From contig NC_043004.1 in assembly GCF_006345805.1 (NCBI RefSeq), positions 91,450,001-91,514,000 on the forward strand: a stretch of DNA of 64,000 nt, given 5' to 3'. The notes under the pieces were generated by a model, which saw only the letters and a program-made list of their open reading frames with translations, did no database searches and was not told the origin of the DNA. The position numbers were made by a program, and so were the translations under genes. Source of the DNA: Octopus sinensis. Lineage: Eukaryota. Below are positions 27,530 to 42,983 of the stretch, piece by piece. Every line of letters starts with the position of its first letter. Within the stretch, counting starts at the first letter, position 1.

Positions 27530-28621
27530 TTAATGCTATGGAACTAAGCGCTACCCAAATGTTTATCAATACATGATGAGGTGGGGAAGGCAGAAGTGGT
27601 GGGTAGATGGGTAGGAGATAAGCACAAAGTGTTTAATGCTGGTGACTAGTGTAGATGTAGGTGACCCAAAAATATATTTCTTTATTGCCCACAAAGGGGC
27701 TAAACATAGAGAGGACAAACAAGGACAGACAAAGGGATTAAGTCAATTATATCGACCCCAGTACGAAACTGGTACTTTATCTATCGACCCCGAAAGGATG
27801 AAAGGCAAAGTCGGCCTCGGCGGAATTTGAACTCAGAACGTAACGGCAACCCAAAAATTAAGAATCCAGCAGGTACCAGATGAACTGGAAAAGATAGAAG
27901 CACTAAGTAGACTTTCTAGAGAAGAATCATGAGTGACAAAATGAACACTTGTGGGTCAAATATCCATGTTTTAATTTTGTTTTTGGTGGATGGAAGGAAG
28001 GAGTGGAGGGGTGGATGAGGAAGAGAGTTAAATTCAGACAACAACAGAGAGAGAGAGAGAGAGAGATCTGTTTGTTTATGGGAAAGGAGGTAAGTAGACC
28101 GACACTACTAAGACACATCCTCAGATGTCAGGGGAATGATAAGAAAGAACCAACGGTGGCAACAGTAGCAGTAGTAGTATCAGCAGCAGCAGCAGTAAGA
28201 GCAACAACAATCATTACATTATATCAAACCTTCATCTCTCATCTCTCATCTCTCTCTCTCTCTCTGCAATTCACATGTGCAATAGCTCAGTGTTTACATT
28301 GGAGATCGATTCATAGATTACTGTTAATCCAACAACTACAACTGCTGTTGCTGCTACTACTACTACTACTACTACTACAACTACTACTACTACAACTGCT
28401 ACTACCACGACCACCACCACCATGCTACTATTCATGCTACTGGCGGTTTCAACATCAGAACGAAGACGGGGTACACAAGAAATCTGCCAACTCAATTGGT
28501 GCACATTATCCTAAATGGCAATATGTATAAGTATGTATGTGTTTATATATACATGTGTATGTGTATGTATATATATATAGAGAGAGAGAGAGATGTATGT
28601 ATGCATATGTGTATACATGAA

Positions 28622-28655
<34 letters not shown>

Positions 28656-28876
28656 CGTATTTCAAAATAGAAAATTACCCTTAAACAGGTAAATTTTACA
28701 TGCTAGAAATAGCAGCCAAGATGGCCAAAAACCACAATTTTATACCAAATTTCGAAGTAAATGAAAAATAAAAACCAAGTATTCGCCACCCTATATATAT
28801 ATGTATATATATATATATATATACCAACATGTGAATGAGTGTGTGTATACATACATACACTCACATGCACACACAC

Positions 28877-28925
<49 letters not shown>

Positions 28926-30084
28926 TAGATAGATAGATAGATATATCTGTTCATCTGTCTTCAGCTCACTATTTTTCTCCATACCTTAATGTGTCTGTGT
29001 GTGCATCTGTGAGAGAGAGTGTGAGTGTATGTATGTATGTGAATAAGAAGAGAATGAATTGTGTTAGAGAGCAGAACACAGAGAGGAGTGTGCAGTGTGC
29101 TTATGCGTTAATATGTGTGTTTCTATACCAAGGTAACTATCCATCAGATATGAATACAATAATGTATAAATTACACCAGAAACAAGGTATGTATCTGTAA
29201 TGTATATAAATACATCACAACTGCACAGCAGTGTATAGAGATATACTGGTGTGTATATAAATAAATTCACTACAAATATATACTTGTAATGTGTAGAACA
29301 GGAGAGAGATGGTGAAATGATAAGTCTGGCATTGATGTGTGAGTAGAAAATGGAATGTTCTACATAGCAGAGAAAGCGACGATTTCATCTTTAGTGCTGG
29401 TGTCTTGAAAATGGTGCTAGCCAAAATGGTAAACATCACAGGTGCCAATGCTATATAGCAATTGTCATTCCATTTTTAGATCAGTCATTTGCTCCGTAGT
29501 GTCTGTTTTGTATATATATATATGTATATACATATTCTTATACATACACACATCTTCATATTCTTATATATACTAGTACAAATAATTACACAGATACATA
29601 TGTTTCTTTATTAGCCACACAGGGCTGCACACAGACAGGACAAATTACAAGGTAGAGCTTTTCTTTTGGGGGTGAAAAAAGGGGGTTTGGTTTTCGATCA
29701 AAAGGGATCGTAAAGGGAAAGAAAGAGGACAAAAAAAGGGGGGAATAAAATAAAAAAAAAATTAAATAAATAAATAAATAAAAGGGGGGGGAAATGGGAA
29801 AGGAAATACAAACAAATATATATGTGCAGATATATAAATACACACACAGGCACATATGCATCTATATATACACATATTTATTATTGTTTATATATATATA
29901 TATATATTGACATACACAAATAATATACACACACACAGCTCAAGAGCCATATTACTTGACATAGCTATCTGTGTATAAATTACAGTTACTCAGAGATAAA
30001 CAAACACAAAACATGAATACACATATATATATATGTTTATATCATAATCATCTTTATGTCTGGTTACATATATGAATGAATGAA

Positions 30085-30114
30085 TGTATGTATGTATGTA
30101 TGTATGTATGTATG

Positions 30115-30146
<32 letters not shown>

Positions 30147-31487
30147 TGTATGTATGTATGTATGTATGTATGTATGTATGGATGGATGGATGGATGGATG
30201 GATGGATGGATAGATAGATAGATAGATAGATAGATAGGTGCAGGTGTGGGTGTGGTAAAGAAATTTACTTCCCAAACACATGATTTCGAGTTCAGTCCCA
30301 CTGTGTAACACCTTAAGCAAGTGTCTTACACTAAAACCTTAGGCCGACTAAAACCTTGAGTGGATTTGGTAGATGGAAATTAAAAGACTTTCATCTCTCT
30401 CTCTCTCTACATATATGTGTGCGTGTGCGTGTTTGTGTGTTTGTGTCTTTTGATGCTATATGAGAGGTAGTTGTAAATGAGTGTCACTGTTATACATGCA
30501 GTGTCGTTTTTTTCTAGTATTCTCTGAGAATGTGTCCGGCCACAAGAAAACATAACCTTTCTTGTTAACAGATGAGGATAGGTGACAAGAAGGGCATCCA
30601 GCTGCAGAAAATCTGCCTCAAGTAAACTCCACCTGACCCATACAAGCATGGAAAAGGGAACATTAAAATAAAGATGATGATGTATGTATGTATGTATGTA
30701 TGTATGGATGTATGTATGTGTGTGTATATGTATGTATGTATGTGTGTATGTATGTATGTATGTGTGTACGTATGTATGTGTGTGTATGTATGTATGTATG
30801 TATGTATGATGTATGTGTGTATGTTTCTGTGTATGTGTGTATGTACGTATGTATGTGTGTATGTGTGTATGTATGTATGTATGTATGTATGTATGTATGT
30901 ATGTATGTATGTATGTGTGTATGTATGTACATATGTATGTATGTTTGTGTTCATGTTTGTGTGTGTATGTACACCATTTTATACAGATATTTATTGTGTG
31001 TAATGCATGAATAATTATGTTAAATATAATTATTCATATATATATATATATATGATTAGGAACAAGAAACTCCAAGTTGTGACTCACTCAGACACAGATT
31101 TAAATATATAAATATATGTTATTGTACTTAAACATTATTGAGTAATTCTCTTGCTGCATTGCAATTCACACCACAGTGAATCCATAATGATTACCTGACT
31201 GTTTTCTTGTCTGTCTGTCTGTTGTCTGTCCATCTCTCTCTCTCTCTCCCTCTCTGTCTAATTGTCTAACTGTCAGTCTGTGTCCATCTATCTGTCTGTC
31301 TGTCTATCCCTCTAATTGTGTGACTGTCTCTCTGTCCATTCATCTATCTATTTATCCATCTATCTATTTCTATCTGTTTACCTGTCTGTCTGTCACTCTC
31401 TCTCTCTCTCTCTCCCACTACCTATCTATCTATCTGTCTGCCTGTCTGTCTGTCTGTCCGTCCGTCCATCTGTCCATCCGTCCGTCC

Positions 31488-31552
<65 letters not shown>

Positions 31553-31577
31553 TCTATCTGTCTGTCTGTCTGTCTAT
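30085..31577. repeat. (TATG)n, (GATG)n, (GATA)n, (TCTG/TCTA)n tracts with decayed SINE/LINE fragments
   Basis: Visible repeats. Confidence 0.9.
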
Positions 31578-31605
31578 CAGGCTATGAATAGAAAATTCAC
31601 TTCTA

Positions 31606-31758
31606 CACTCACGGAGTGGTTGTCATTAGGAAGGGCATCCAGCTGTAGAAACATTGCCAGATCAGACTGGGCCTGGTGCAGCCTTCTGGCTTCCCAGACC
31701 CCAGTTGAACCGTCCAACCCATGCTAGCATGGAAAGCGGACGCTAAATGATGATGATG
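31606..31758 (+). mobile_element. RTE family 1 3' end
   Basis: cacggagtgg...gaagggcatccagc...atggaaagcggacg followed by (ATG)n. Confidence 0.88.
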
Positions 31759-32019
31759 TTGAACAAGACACAAATCTGCCTCGGGTGCCACTAGTACTCA
31801 TTAACCCCTAGTTGACACTGGTACATGTTTTTAGTTGAGTGTCCTGAAGCAATGTACAATGAAGAGCTTCGCTTAAGCATACAACAGCTTGCCTCACCTA
31901 AAACCCAAACTCACAGCCTATTGATTGTGAACCTTCAATTCTAACCACTTGGCCATGTGCTGTTATTGATATTAACCCTGCTTGAGACCTCCCTTAGTTC
32001 CATGATTTAAACTTCTTAA

Positions 32020-32208
32020 TACAGTTCTATATTTAAGAGATGAGGAATTATGTACATTATTTACATTTGACGGATATTTGTCCTCATCTTGTTTGTTGTT
32101 AACACAATGTTTCGGCTGATATACCCTCCAGCCTTCATTAGGTGTCTTGGAGAAATTTCAAACCTGGATTCTCATTCCTAAGGTATTTTCGATGTTGTTG
32201 TTATTATA

Positions 32209-32244
<36 letters not shown>

Positions 32245-32538
32245 TAGGTTACTGCCAGGAATCGAACTCGGAATCTTGGGGTTAGTAGCCTGCACTGTTA
32301 ACCACTATGCCATATGCCCATGGCATATGGTATAGTGGTTAAGAGCACAGGCTACTAACCCCAAGATTCCAAGTTTGACCTGAAATAATAATAACATCGA
32401 AAAATACCTTAGGAATGAGAATCCAGGTTCAAAATTTCCTCAAAACACCTGATGAAGGCTGGAGGGTATATCAGATGAAACGTTGTATTAACAACAAACA
32501 AGATGAGGACAAATATCCGTCTAATGTAAATAATGCAC
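32020..32538. mobile_element. Head-to-head palindrome of two PLE terminal repeats (family H4), each with tRNA-like head and hammerhead motif
   Basis: Both arms match 17598-17816; centre near 32320; hammerheads at 32101-32146 (minus) and 32444-32489 (plus). Confidence 0.9.
32258..32312 (-). promoter_or_regulatory. tRNA-type internal Pol III promoter in the H4 repeat
   Basis: A box TGGCATAGTGG and B box GAGTTCGATTCC at tRNA-like spacing, with an anticodon-like loop (ctactaa). Confidence 0.7.
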
Positions 32539-33729
32539 AAGCTTTCTAGTCTAAAACTATCAAAATTAAAATCTTTCATGAGTATTTTATGCTAATTTAT
32601 ATTTCAAACACCAAGTTAATAAGAACAAAGTTAGTTTATTAAATCCTTTATTATTTTCTAGATGAATTGAAACAAAGGTAGTGTATTTCGGCAGAAATAT
32701 CATAACAAAATGGTTAAGATACTGAATAAAATCTAAGATATAAACTGTCTACAAACTCCACTGTACACAACTGAAATAACATTAAATTAAAACAGCCATC
32801 TATGCATCATACTTATACACATTGTTGAGAGGCATATTGCTGTGGTTTGGGTTTGAGAGAAAATCTCTTCATAAACATGTATTAAAAACACAATATCTAG
32901 TGAAGTAAAATAAAAATTGTCCCAGCAATGATTCCTAAGAATATCAGGGGTATATTAACCTTCAGTTAATGCTGTTTGAATTGCATTCTCTGAGTTTTTA
33001 TTCAGCCTGATGGCTACTTGCAAAATCAGTGAATGTATTAATCACTGTTTCCTATATATTGGAGGGGACTTTCTTCAGGAAGGTGACAAGTAAGTTATAT
33101 GTCATTGACATGGCCCAAGAAGGCCAAAATGTATCTGGCATTCATGTGAATCACTACCAGGACTAATTCTGTCTCACTCCAATATATAGTGTGTTTTGAA
33201 CACAAGATGTTTGTAGAGAGATTTTTTTATCAGATGAAGACCACAAAAATACCTTTCAGTGGTGCATATACATTAATTATGATACATAGGAAGCTATTAT
33301 AAACTGCCTGTTGAATGACAAGATGTTATAATATCAACATTATGGTGGACGTTGTATTCTTGAATAAGAAAGGCAAACTCAACAGCTTGCAGTGTTTGTT
33401 TCTTGCTTTTTCATTGTCACTTTTCAGCAATGTAAAGGAGAACCACCACCATCACCACTACCACCATGACCACTGCTGCCATTGCTGCTGCAATCAATGC
33501 CACTGCTACCACCACCTTAGGGGGACAATTGAAGCTAAGCTTTCATAAATATCAAACTAAACTACCAAGATGGCAAAATAAAAAAAAGAAAAGAAAAGAG
33601 AATAGGATGGTCAAAACACATGGATACAAAAGCCATATATATATATATATATATATATATACATGTGTGTGTGTGTGTGTGTACGTCTACATTTTATGCA
33701 TGTATGTATTTATATATGTATTTATGTAT

Positions 33730-33766
<37 letters not shown>

Positions 33767-33771
33767 TATAT

Positions 33772-33815
<44 letters not shown>

Positions 33816-33996
33816 GTGAGAATTTACCAAAAAACAAAAGACGAAGATGGGTGTGTAAACAACAAACAGATGCATTAGTTTAATGCTTGGGAAGTGAGAA
33901 GTCTTTTACATTTTGAGCCTATGCTCTTTCACAGAAAGGAACACAGAAATAAACAGGGAGAGAAAATAGAAAGAGGTTTAGTGGCTACATGCATAT

Positions 33997-34045
<49 letters not shown>

Positions 34046-34125
34046 CCTTAGTGGTTAGCCACATTTAAGTGGCAAATATACTTCACATTGTCGTGCAGCT
34101 ACTGTTTATACCTCGTTCAGAGATT

Positions 34126-34167
<42 letters not shown>

Positions 34168-34429
34168 TTATATATATATATATATATATACACATATAAA
34201 TATATACACACACACATATCACACATACATGCACATATATACATTTACACAGACAGTTTCCTTTAAAACAAACATAAAACTGCTAACTTTTCAATGTGTT
34301 GAAAATTTGGCAGTTATTTCTAGCAGGTCAAGTCACCTTCTTTGGCTTAGTTTTCAAACTGTGTCTATAAATAGGCATAATGTGAATATGTGTATGTGTG
34401 TGAGTGTGTATTTTTAGTTACATATATAT

Positions 34430-35660
34430 GAAGGGTCAGTCAGCAAGGTGAAAGTCAGCAGTAAGTTCAACAATGAATTTAGTATGCAGGTGGGGGTACA
34501 TTAGGGCTCCATGCCATACCAGAAGAATTCATGTCTAGCTGCTCTTAGGAACTCTTGTGTGCTGATGATTGATTTAGCTCTTTTAATGAAATCACTAGAA
34601 GAATTGAAGCTGAAATTCCAGACATGAAGGAAAATCTAGAATTGAAAGGCCTTGAAGTATACTTAGCAACAACAAAAATTTTAGTAAGTAGAAAGGAGAA
34701 CAGGAGCATACAGCATCAGGTGACAAGAAAGGTATCCATTCTTCATTCTATAAGGTATGCTCAGTATAATCAATGAACACTCAAAAGGTGTAGTGGGACA
34801 AAAAGTTGGTAAACAAAGAAGGTAAAGTTCACATGTAGTAGGTACACCAGGGGAAATTAGCACTAAGACTGATTGAGAAACAGGTTCTCTCAAATACCCA
34901 GGTGGATTCTTAGAAATAGTTGATGTAGCTTTTGCTATCTAGGGGATCAAATGAACAATAGGTCTGATTGTTCTGACAGTAGGGTAGCTAGAATGAATAA
35001 GAAAAAGCTAGAGAAGGTTGATGGAGCTGTTACCTTTGTTGGCAACAAAGGGTTTATTCCCTCAAGATCAAGGTTGAATTGCATGATGTTTATGTATGAT
35101 GTGCACTGCTGCACAGTGGTGAAACATGGGCATTGAGAGCAGAAGATATGCAAAGGCTTGAATGAAATGAGGTGAGCATGCTTTGCTGGATGTGCCTTGT
35201 TAATGTATGTGAACAACAAAATATAAAGGAACCGAAAGAGAAACTGCATATAAAAGGAATAAGTTATAGTGTGTATAAGAGAAAATCGAGCTGGTGCAGA
35301 CATCTGATGGAGATGAAAGATGACAGCTGCATAAGCAAGTACCAAGTGCTCAGAATGAATGGTAGGCAAGCTGGCAGAATCGGTAGCATGCCGAGTGAAA
35401 TGCGTAGCCGTATTTCATCTGCTGTTACGTTCTGAGTTCAAATTCCGCCGAGGTCGACTTTGCCTTTCATCCTTTCGGGGTCGATAAATTAAGTACCAAT
35501 TACGCATTGGGGTCGATGTAATCTACTTAATCCCTTTGTCTGTCCTTGTTTGTCCCCTCTATGTTTAGCCCCTTGTGGGCAATACAGAAATAAGAATGAA
35601 TGGTAGATGTAGAAGAGAAAAACCAATTAAGACTTAAGATGAGGTGCTGAAAAACAATGT
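34430..35660 (+). pseudogene. Old decayed RTE reverse transcriptase fragment interrupted by SINE-E
   Basis: VGVH*GS (~34490), ELLCADD (~34550), MLCWMC, and after the SINE KPIKT*DEVLK, which parallels RPRKTWDEVVK of the 11952 ORF. Confidence 0.78.
35366..35592 (+). mobile_element. SINE family E (central domain resembles the Meta-SINE type)
   Basis: B box gagttcaaattcc, gtcgactttgcctttcatcctttcggggtcgataaattaagtacc; 14-bp TSD agaatgaatggtag at 35352-35365 and 35593-35606. Confidence 0.9.
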
Positions 35661-36083
35661 TCCATCTGGTGATATGTGGTGTTGCAGGAGGCCCAACCTC
35701 TTGCAAAGTGCATGCATCACCATCTTTGTTGTTTTTCTCTTTCTACTCAACCCCTTCACAGCTTTTATCCCTTTGACTCCCTTTTACCAACCCCCTGATA
35801 CTACCTTTCCTTTTATCTTTATCTTCTCTTTTCCATTACTCACTTCTATTTAATTTTCCTCTATGCACCATTTAACCCAACCATATAAAATGTAGTAGTA
35901 CCATATCCTTACCTACTTAACCCCCCCCCCACCTGCTATCTTATCACCCTCTGACTCTCTCTTATCATTTTCCACTTACCTTCTCATTACCTCACTCGCT
36001 AAAAGAGTGCCGACCCTCTCTCAACAATAAACATGTGTAACTGTTTTGGGCTTCAATGAACCAGCCATCCTATGATATTATGA

Positions 36084-36310
36084 CCGAGCTGGCAGAATCG
36101 TTAGCACGTCGGGCGAAATGCTTAGCGGTATTTCGGCTGCCGTTACGTTGTGAGTTCAAATTCTGCCGAGGTTGACTTTGCCTTTCATCCTTTCGGGGTC
36201 GATAAATTAAGTACCAGTTACGCACTGGGGTCTATATAATTGACTTAATACCTATGTCTGTCCAAAGTTTGTCCCCTCTATGTTTAGCCCCTTGTGGGTA
36301 GTAAAGAAAT
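36084..36310 (+). mobile_element. SINE family E
   Basis: 11-bp TSD tgatattatga at 36073-36083 and 36311-36321. Confidence 0.9.
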
Positions 36311-36388
36311 TGATATTATGAAAGATGGACTGATCCATCCAAATCACTGGGTCCAAATACTCAACTTACTTCACTTACCATCACCACT

Positions 36389-36595
36389 TTGCTACTCAGT
36401 TTCACGTTTTTGTTTGTCGAGCAGTTGTAATTAAGATTCTTAATCACATCTGCCTGACAAACGGGAATGTGAAACTCTGAGCAGCAGTTTTTTGTGACGT
36501 TTTTGCAGCTTTAATAGTAAAAAAAAAGCATATTACTCTACCTCTGGTTTTGAGTACTATTTTTTCATACCTTGTTTCACATTTATGTGCTTATT
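36389..36595 (+). mobile_element. Family H6 element with degenerate hammerhead and short inverted 5' piece
   Basis: CUGC-CUGACAA-AC...GU-GAAAC-UCUGA-GCA-GCAG at 36450-36487; homologous to 47781-47915. Confidence 0.7.
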
Positions 36596-36617
36596 CATGT
36601 ATGTATGCATATATATA

Positions 36618-37001
36618 TACTCTTTTACTTGTTTCAGTCATTTGACTGTGGCCATGCTGGAGCACCGCCTTTAATTGAGCAACTTGACCCCAGGACTTAT
36701 TGTTTTGTAAGCCCAGTACTTATCTATCGGTCTCTTTTGCTGACCGCTAAGTAGCGGGGACATAAACACACCAGCATTGGTTGTCAAGCAATGCTAGGGT
36801 GACAAACACAGACACACAAACACATACACGCAATATACATATATACAACGGGCTTCTTTCAGTTTCTGTCTACCAAATCCACTCACAAGGCTTTGGTCGG
36901 CCTGGCGATAGTAGAAGACACTTGCCCAAGGTGCCACACAGTGGGACTGAACCCGGACCATGTAGTTGTAAGCAAGCTTACCACACAGCCACTCCTGTGC
37001 C
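36618..37001 (-). mobile_element. SINE family A
   Basis: Full-length reverse-strand match. Confidence 0.88.
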
Positions 37002-37005
37002 TATT

Positions 37006-37053
<48 letters not shown>

Positions 37054-37108
37054 ATATTATATATATATATATATTATATATATATATTAATATATATATA
37101 ATATATAT

Positions 37109-37151
<43 letters not shown>

Positions 37152-37661
37152 AGCAAAGTAGCTAGCAATGAATTGTTTATAAAGGATGCAGAACATTGCA
37201 TTAAAAGCCAGCTGGCGAAGAATCTGCCCGGGGTTAAACATTCACCTGCCACTTTGATGTGGCAACTCGATGTGCTATATTATATATGTATGTATGTATG
37301 TATGAATAGACATACGTGCATCATTCTTCATCCATTTTCCAAGCTGGTATGTGATAGAGAGATTGTCACAATCTGTCTTAGTAGTTTTTATTGGAGTTGC
37401 TATCTTTCCAGATATGTGAGGGACTATGTTTCACTCATACTTTCCATTTTTACCACAGTTATCAATCACTTTACAGAGTGTACAGTGTACACGTTTTTTA
37501 ATGGCACCAGCACTTGTGAAGTTGTCTTTTACCTCGCAAGCCAAATAAGGTGGAGACAGGCAATGTTAGCAACTATTTATTTGGTGGTAAGAAGGTGAGT
37601 GATCAATGATTGTTACAGAGATAGGTAATGGCGAGAGAAGAGTGACAGTTTCAGAAACATT

Positions 37662-37894
37662 AAGGCGGGGAACTGGCAGAAACGTTAGCACGCCAGGCGA
37701 AATGCTTAGCGGTATTTCGTCTGCCGTTACGTTCTGAGTTCAAATTCCGCCGAGGTCGACTTTGCTTTTCATCCTTTCGGGGTCGATTAAATAAGTACCA
37801 GTTACGCACTGGGGTCGATATAATCGACTTAATACGTTTGTCTGTCCTTGTTTGTCCTCTCTGTGTTTAGCCCCTTGTGGGTAGTAAAAATATA
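37662..37894 (+). mobile_element. SINE family E
   Basis: 9-bp TSD agaaacatt at 37653-37661 and 37895-37903. Confidence 0.9.
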
Positions 37895-38744
37895 AGAAAC
37901 ATTGTAATGGCTGAGAAAAAGAAAGAGAGAGAGAGAGAGAGAGTAATACAGATGTGTATGAAGGGACTAAATAGGAAGTTGGAGTAATAGGGTGTGAAAA
38001 AAGAAGAGAGAAGGAAGAAAATAAAAACAAAACTGGATGAAGAGCAAAGGCATCTAAAGTGAAGCAATTTCCTGTGTCTGTACATAGGTAGTTGCCCAGT
38101 TACGTAATAGGTGTTTTTCATAGTGTCTGCATTCATCAGATATTTTTAATTGGGTGTTTAAATAGAGATTGTGTTTTTTGAGGACTCTCCCTATCTCTGT
38201 TGTGCACAGGTAACATCAGTTACTTCCAGTTTGGTAAAATCTGGCAACATTGCTCAAGGATACAATATGCCACCCAGTTCAAGAATTGAACCCACAACCT
38301 TATGACCACAAGCCCAATAACATAATCATTTAAACCATGTTTTTCACACGTATATATCATCATCCTTGTCATCTTTTTCTTCCATATCATCGTCATCTTT
38401 ATCACCATCCTCCTCCTCCTACTCATCGTCATCATCACTACCATTGTCACCATCACCATTACCAGCATCATTATACATCACCATCCTTGTGATCTTCCTC
38501 CTCCTCCCTATCATCATTCTCATCATCCTTTTACATCATTACCATTACCATCATTATCATCATTACAATCTTATTCCTCTTCCTCCTCCTTCTCATCAAC
38601 ATCATTGTCGTCGTCATCATCATCATCATCGTCATCACTGTTGTCATCATCATCCTTTCATCTCCACTTTCAACACTATGTATTGAATAAGTTGTTATGG
38701 TCAGAGTCAGTTGTTATTCAAAGTTAATATCCCTCCAGATAAGC

Positions 38745-39048
38745 GAACCATCCAAACGTGGCCGTTGCCAGCGCTGCCCCGACGGGCCTCCGTGCCAGTG
38801 GCACGTAAAAAGCACCATCTGATCGTGGCCGTTGCCAGCCTCGCCTGGCCCCTGGGCCGGTGGCACGTAAAAAGCACCCACTACACTCTCGGAGTGGTTG
38901 GTGTTAGAAAGGGCATCCAGCCGTAGAAACATTGCCAGATCAGACAGGGCCTGGTGCAGCCTTCTGGCTTCCCAGACCCCAGTTGCACCGTCCAACCCAT
39001 GCTAGCATGGAAAGCGGATGCTAAATGATGATGATGATGATGATGATG
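38745..39048 (+). mobile_element. RTE family 1 3' UTR fragment
   Basis: Two ggtggcacgtaaaaagcacc-type units and (ATG)n tail. Confidence 0.88.
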
Positions 39049-39235
39049 GATTGGGGGACAAGGGCCATATCACACTTACATATTTAATTTTTGCTTGGTG
39101 TCAGCAGCTCGATACCCTTCCTAAAACCACTCACTTTACAGAGTATACTGGGTGCATTCTATTGAGGTTCCAGTGTTAGTGAGGCCACCCTGTATTTCTT
39201 AAGAATAGAGAGTCCTCACTACTGTTTGATAAATA

Positions 39236-39554
39236 CTGGTGCTCTGTCAGTTACGACAAGGAAGATTCCAGTTAATCCAATTGATGGAACAGCCTGCTCG
39301 TGAAATTAACGTGCAAGTGGCTGAGCAACCCACAGACAAGTGTACCTTTAATATACTTCTCAGGGAGATTCAGCAGGACACAGACTGTGACAGGGCTGGC
39401 CCTTTGAAGTACAACTCATTTTTGACAGCTGAGTAGACAGGAGCAATGTGAAATAAAGTGTCTTTCTCAAGGACACAAAACACTGTCAGGAATTGAACTC
39501 ATGGCCTTATAATCATGAATCGAATACTCTAACCATTAAGCCATGCACCTTTAC
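39236..39554 (-). mobile_element. Chimeric SINE: family C head with the tail of the 10635 family B copy
   Basis: 39410-39554 matches the 8613 head; 39236-39410 matches 10845-11012 inverted. Confidence 0.75.
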
Positions 39555-40086
39555 TTAACTAGTGTATGATATGTTCATCCACTCAAAATAACATATCTGA
39601 GGAGGTGAACAGACGATACAGCGACATCAGATGAAGAATCAGGATGGGTGAACATAAGAGTGTGATAGCTGAAACAAAGCAGTTGGGGTGAGATGATGAC
39701 AGAAGGGTAGAGAGTGTGAAGGAGAGTAGTGGAGGTGGGTAGACAATGTTGAGATTCTCCCTAGTGACCTGAGGGAGAAGGAGTGATGACTGGCAGTTCG
39801 GTTGCAGTGACGGCAGGGACATCAGGTACTATGATCCTTAGTTAGAGCAGGTACAACGAAACTGCAAATTGAAGAGAGGGGGAATGGACAGAAAGAGAGA
39901 GAGAGAGTGAGAGAGAGAGAGAACAAAAGGATGAAGAGATATGATGGAGATGACACGAGTGATGGTGAAATTAGTGATGGAAAGATAAGCAAATAAATAT
40001 AATGAGTTCATTGTATGGAATGCACCATACATACATAGATACATACAAACATACATACATATCTATCTATCTAAATATATATATAT

Positions 40087-40117
<31 letters not shown>

Positions 40118-40180
40118 CATATGCATATATAAATACATACACACACACATAAACACACTCGTGTGTGTATGCTTGAATGA

Positions 40181-40226
<46 letters not shown>

Positions 40227-40323
40227 CGTACATACATACACACACACATATATATAATTATATATATATAGGTGATATATATAAATATAATTATATATCT
40301 GTATAATATAAATATATAATATA

Positions 40324-40531
40324 TTTCCAGTTTCAGCTCTTGAGCTGTGGCCATGCTGGGGCACCGCCATTGTGGTGAAAGAGTACAGCAGGGATCACCA
40401 CCCCCTGCCGGAGCCTCGTAGAGCTTTTAGGTGTTTTCGCTCAATAAACCCACACAACGCCCGTCTGAGAATCGAAACCGCGATCCTGCGACCGCGAGTC
40501 CGCTGCCCTAACCACTAGGCCATTGCGCCTC
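40324..40531 (-). mobile_element. Chimeric SINE: family B head with A-like tail
   Basis: Same ctctttcaccac junction as the 18296 copy. Confidence 0.82.
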
Positions 40532-42730
<2,199 letters not shown>

Positions 42731-42931
42731 CACACACACATACCTATATATGCATCGCTGTACTTCTTTCTAATTAGCTCGCAAGATATAATACACGTGT
42801 GCAACAGTGTATGAGTGTGTGTGTATACGTGGGTAAGTGTGGTGTTTGTATTTGCAGGTGATACCTGCATCTACAATTTTCCTAATAGAATGTTGTATCA
42901 TATATACATAGACAGATGTGCGTGTGTATCT

Positions 42932-42983
<52 letters not shown>

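Larger units (their letters stand above)
24790..28400 (+). repeat. Tandem duplication, two ~1.8-kb units
   Basis: 24821 aligns to 26622 and 25846 to 27636; about 4 substitutions plus a (TAT)n length change; junctions lie in (CTA)n tracts. Confidence 0.97.
31972..32717. mobile_element. Diverged piggyBac-like MITE, inverted relative to 25524 and split by the PLE palindrome
   Basis: Begins ttaaccc, ends tggttaa; 32560-32717 aligns to the reverse complement of the 25524 element. Confidence 0.55.

Noticed and set aside
26159-28530. Duplicated 161-aa and 193-aa ORFs
   Set aside because: They run through (GA)n, (CAG)n and (CTA)n tracts and are duplicated only because of the tandem duplication.
28660-28795. 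Possible Tc1/mariner-like terminus (TA.AGGGTG on minus)
   Set aside because: No matching second TIR found.
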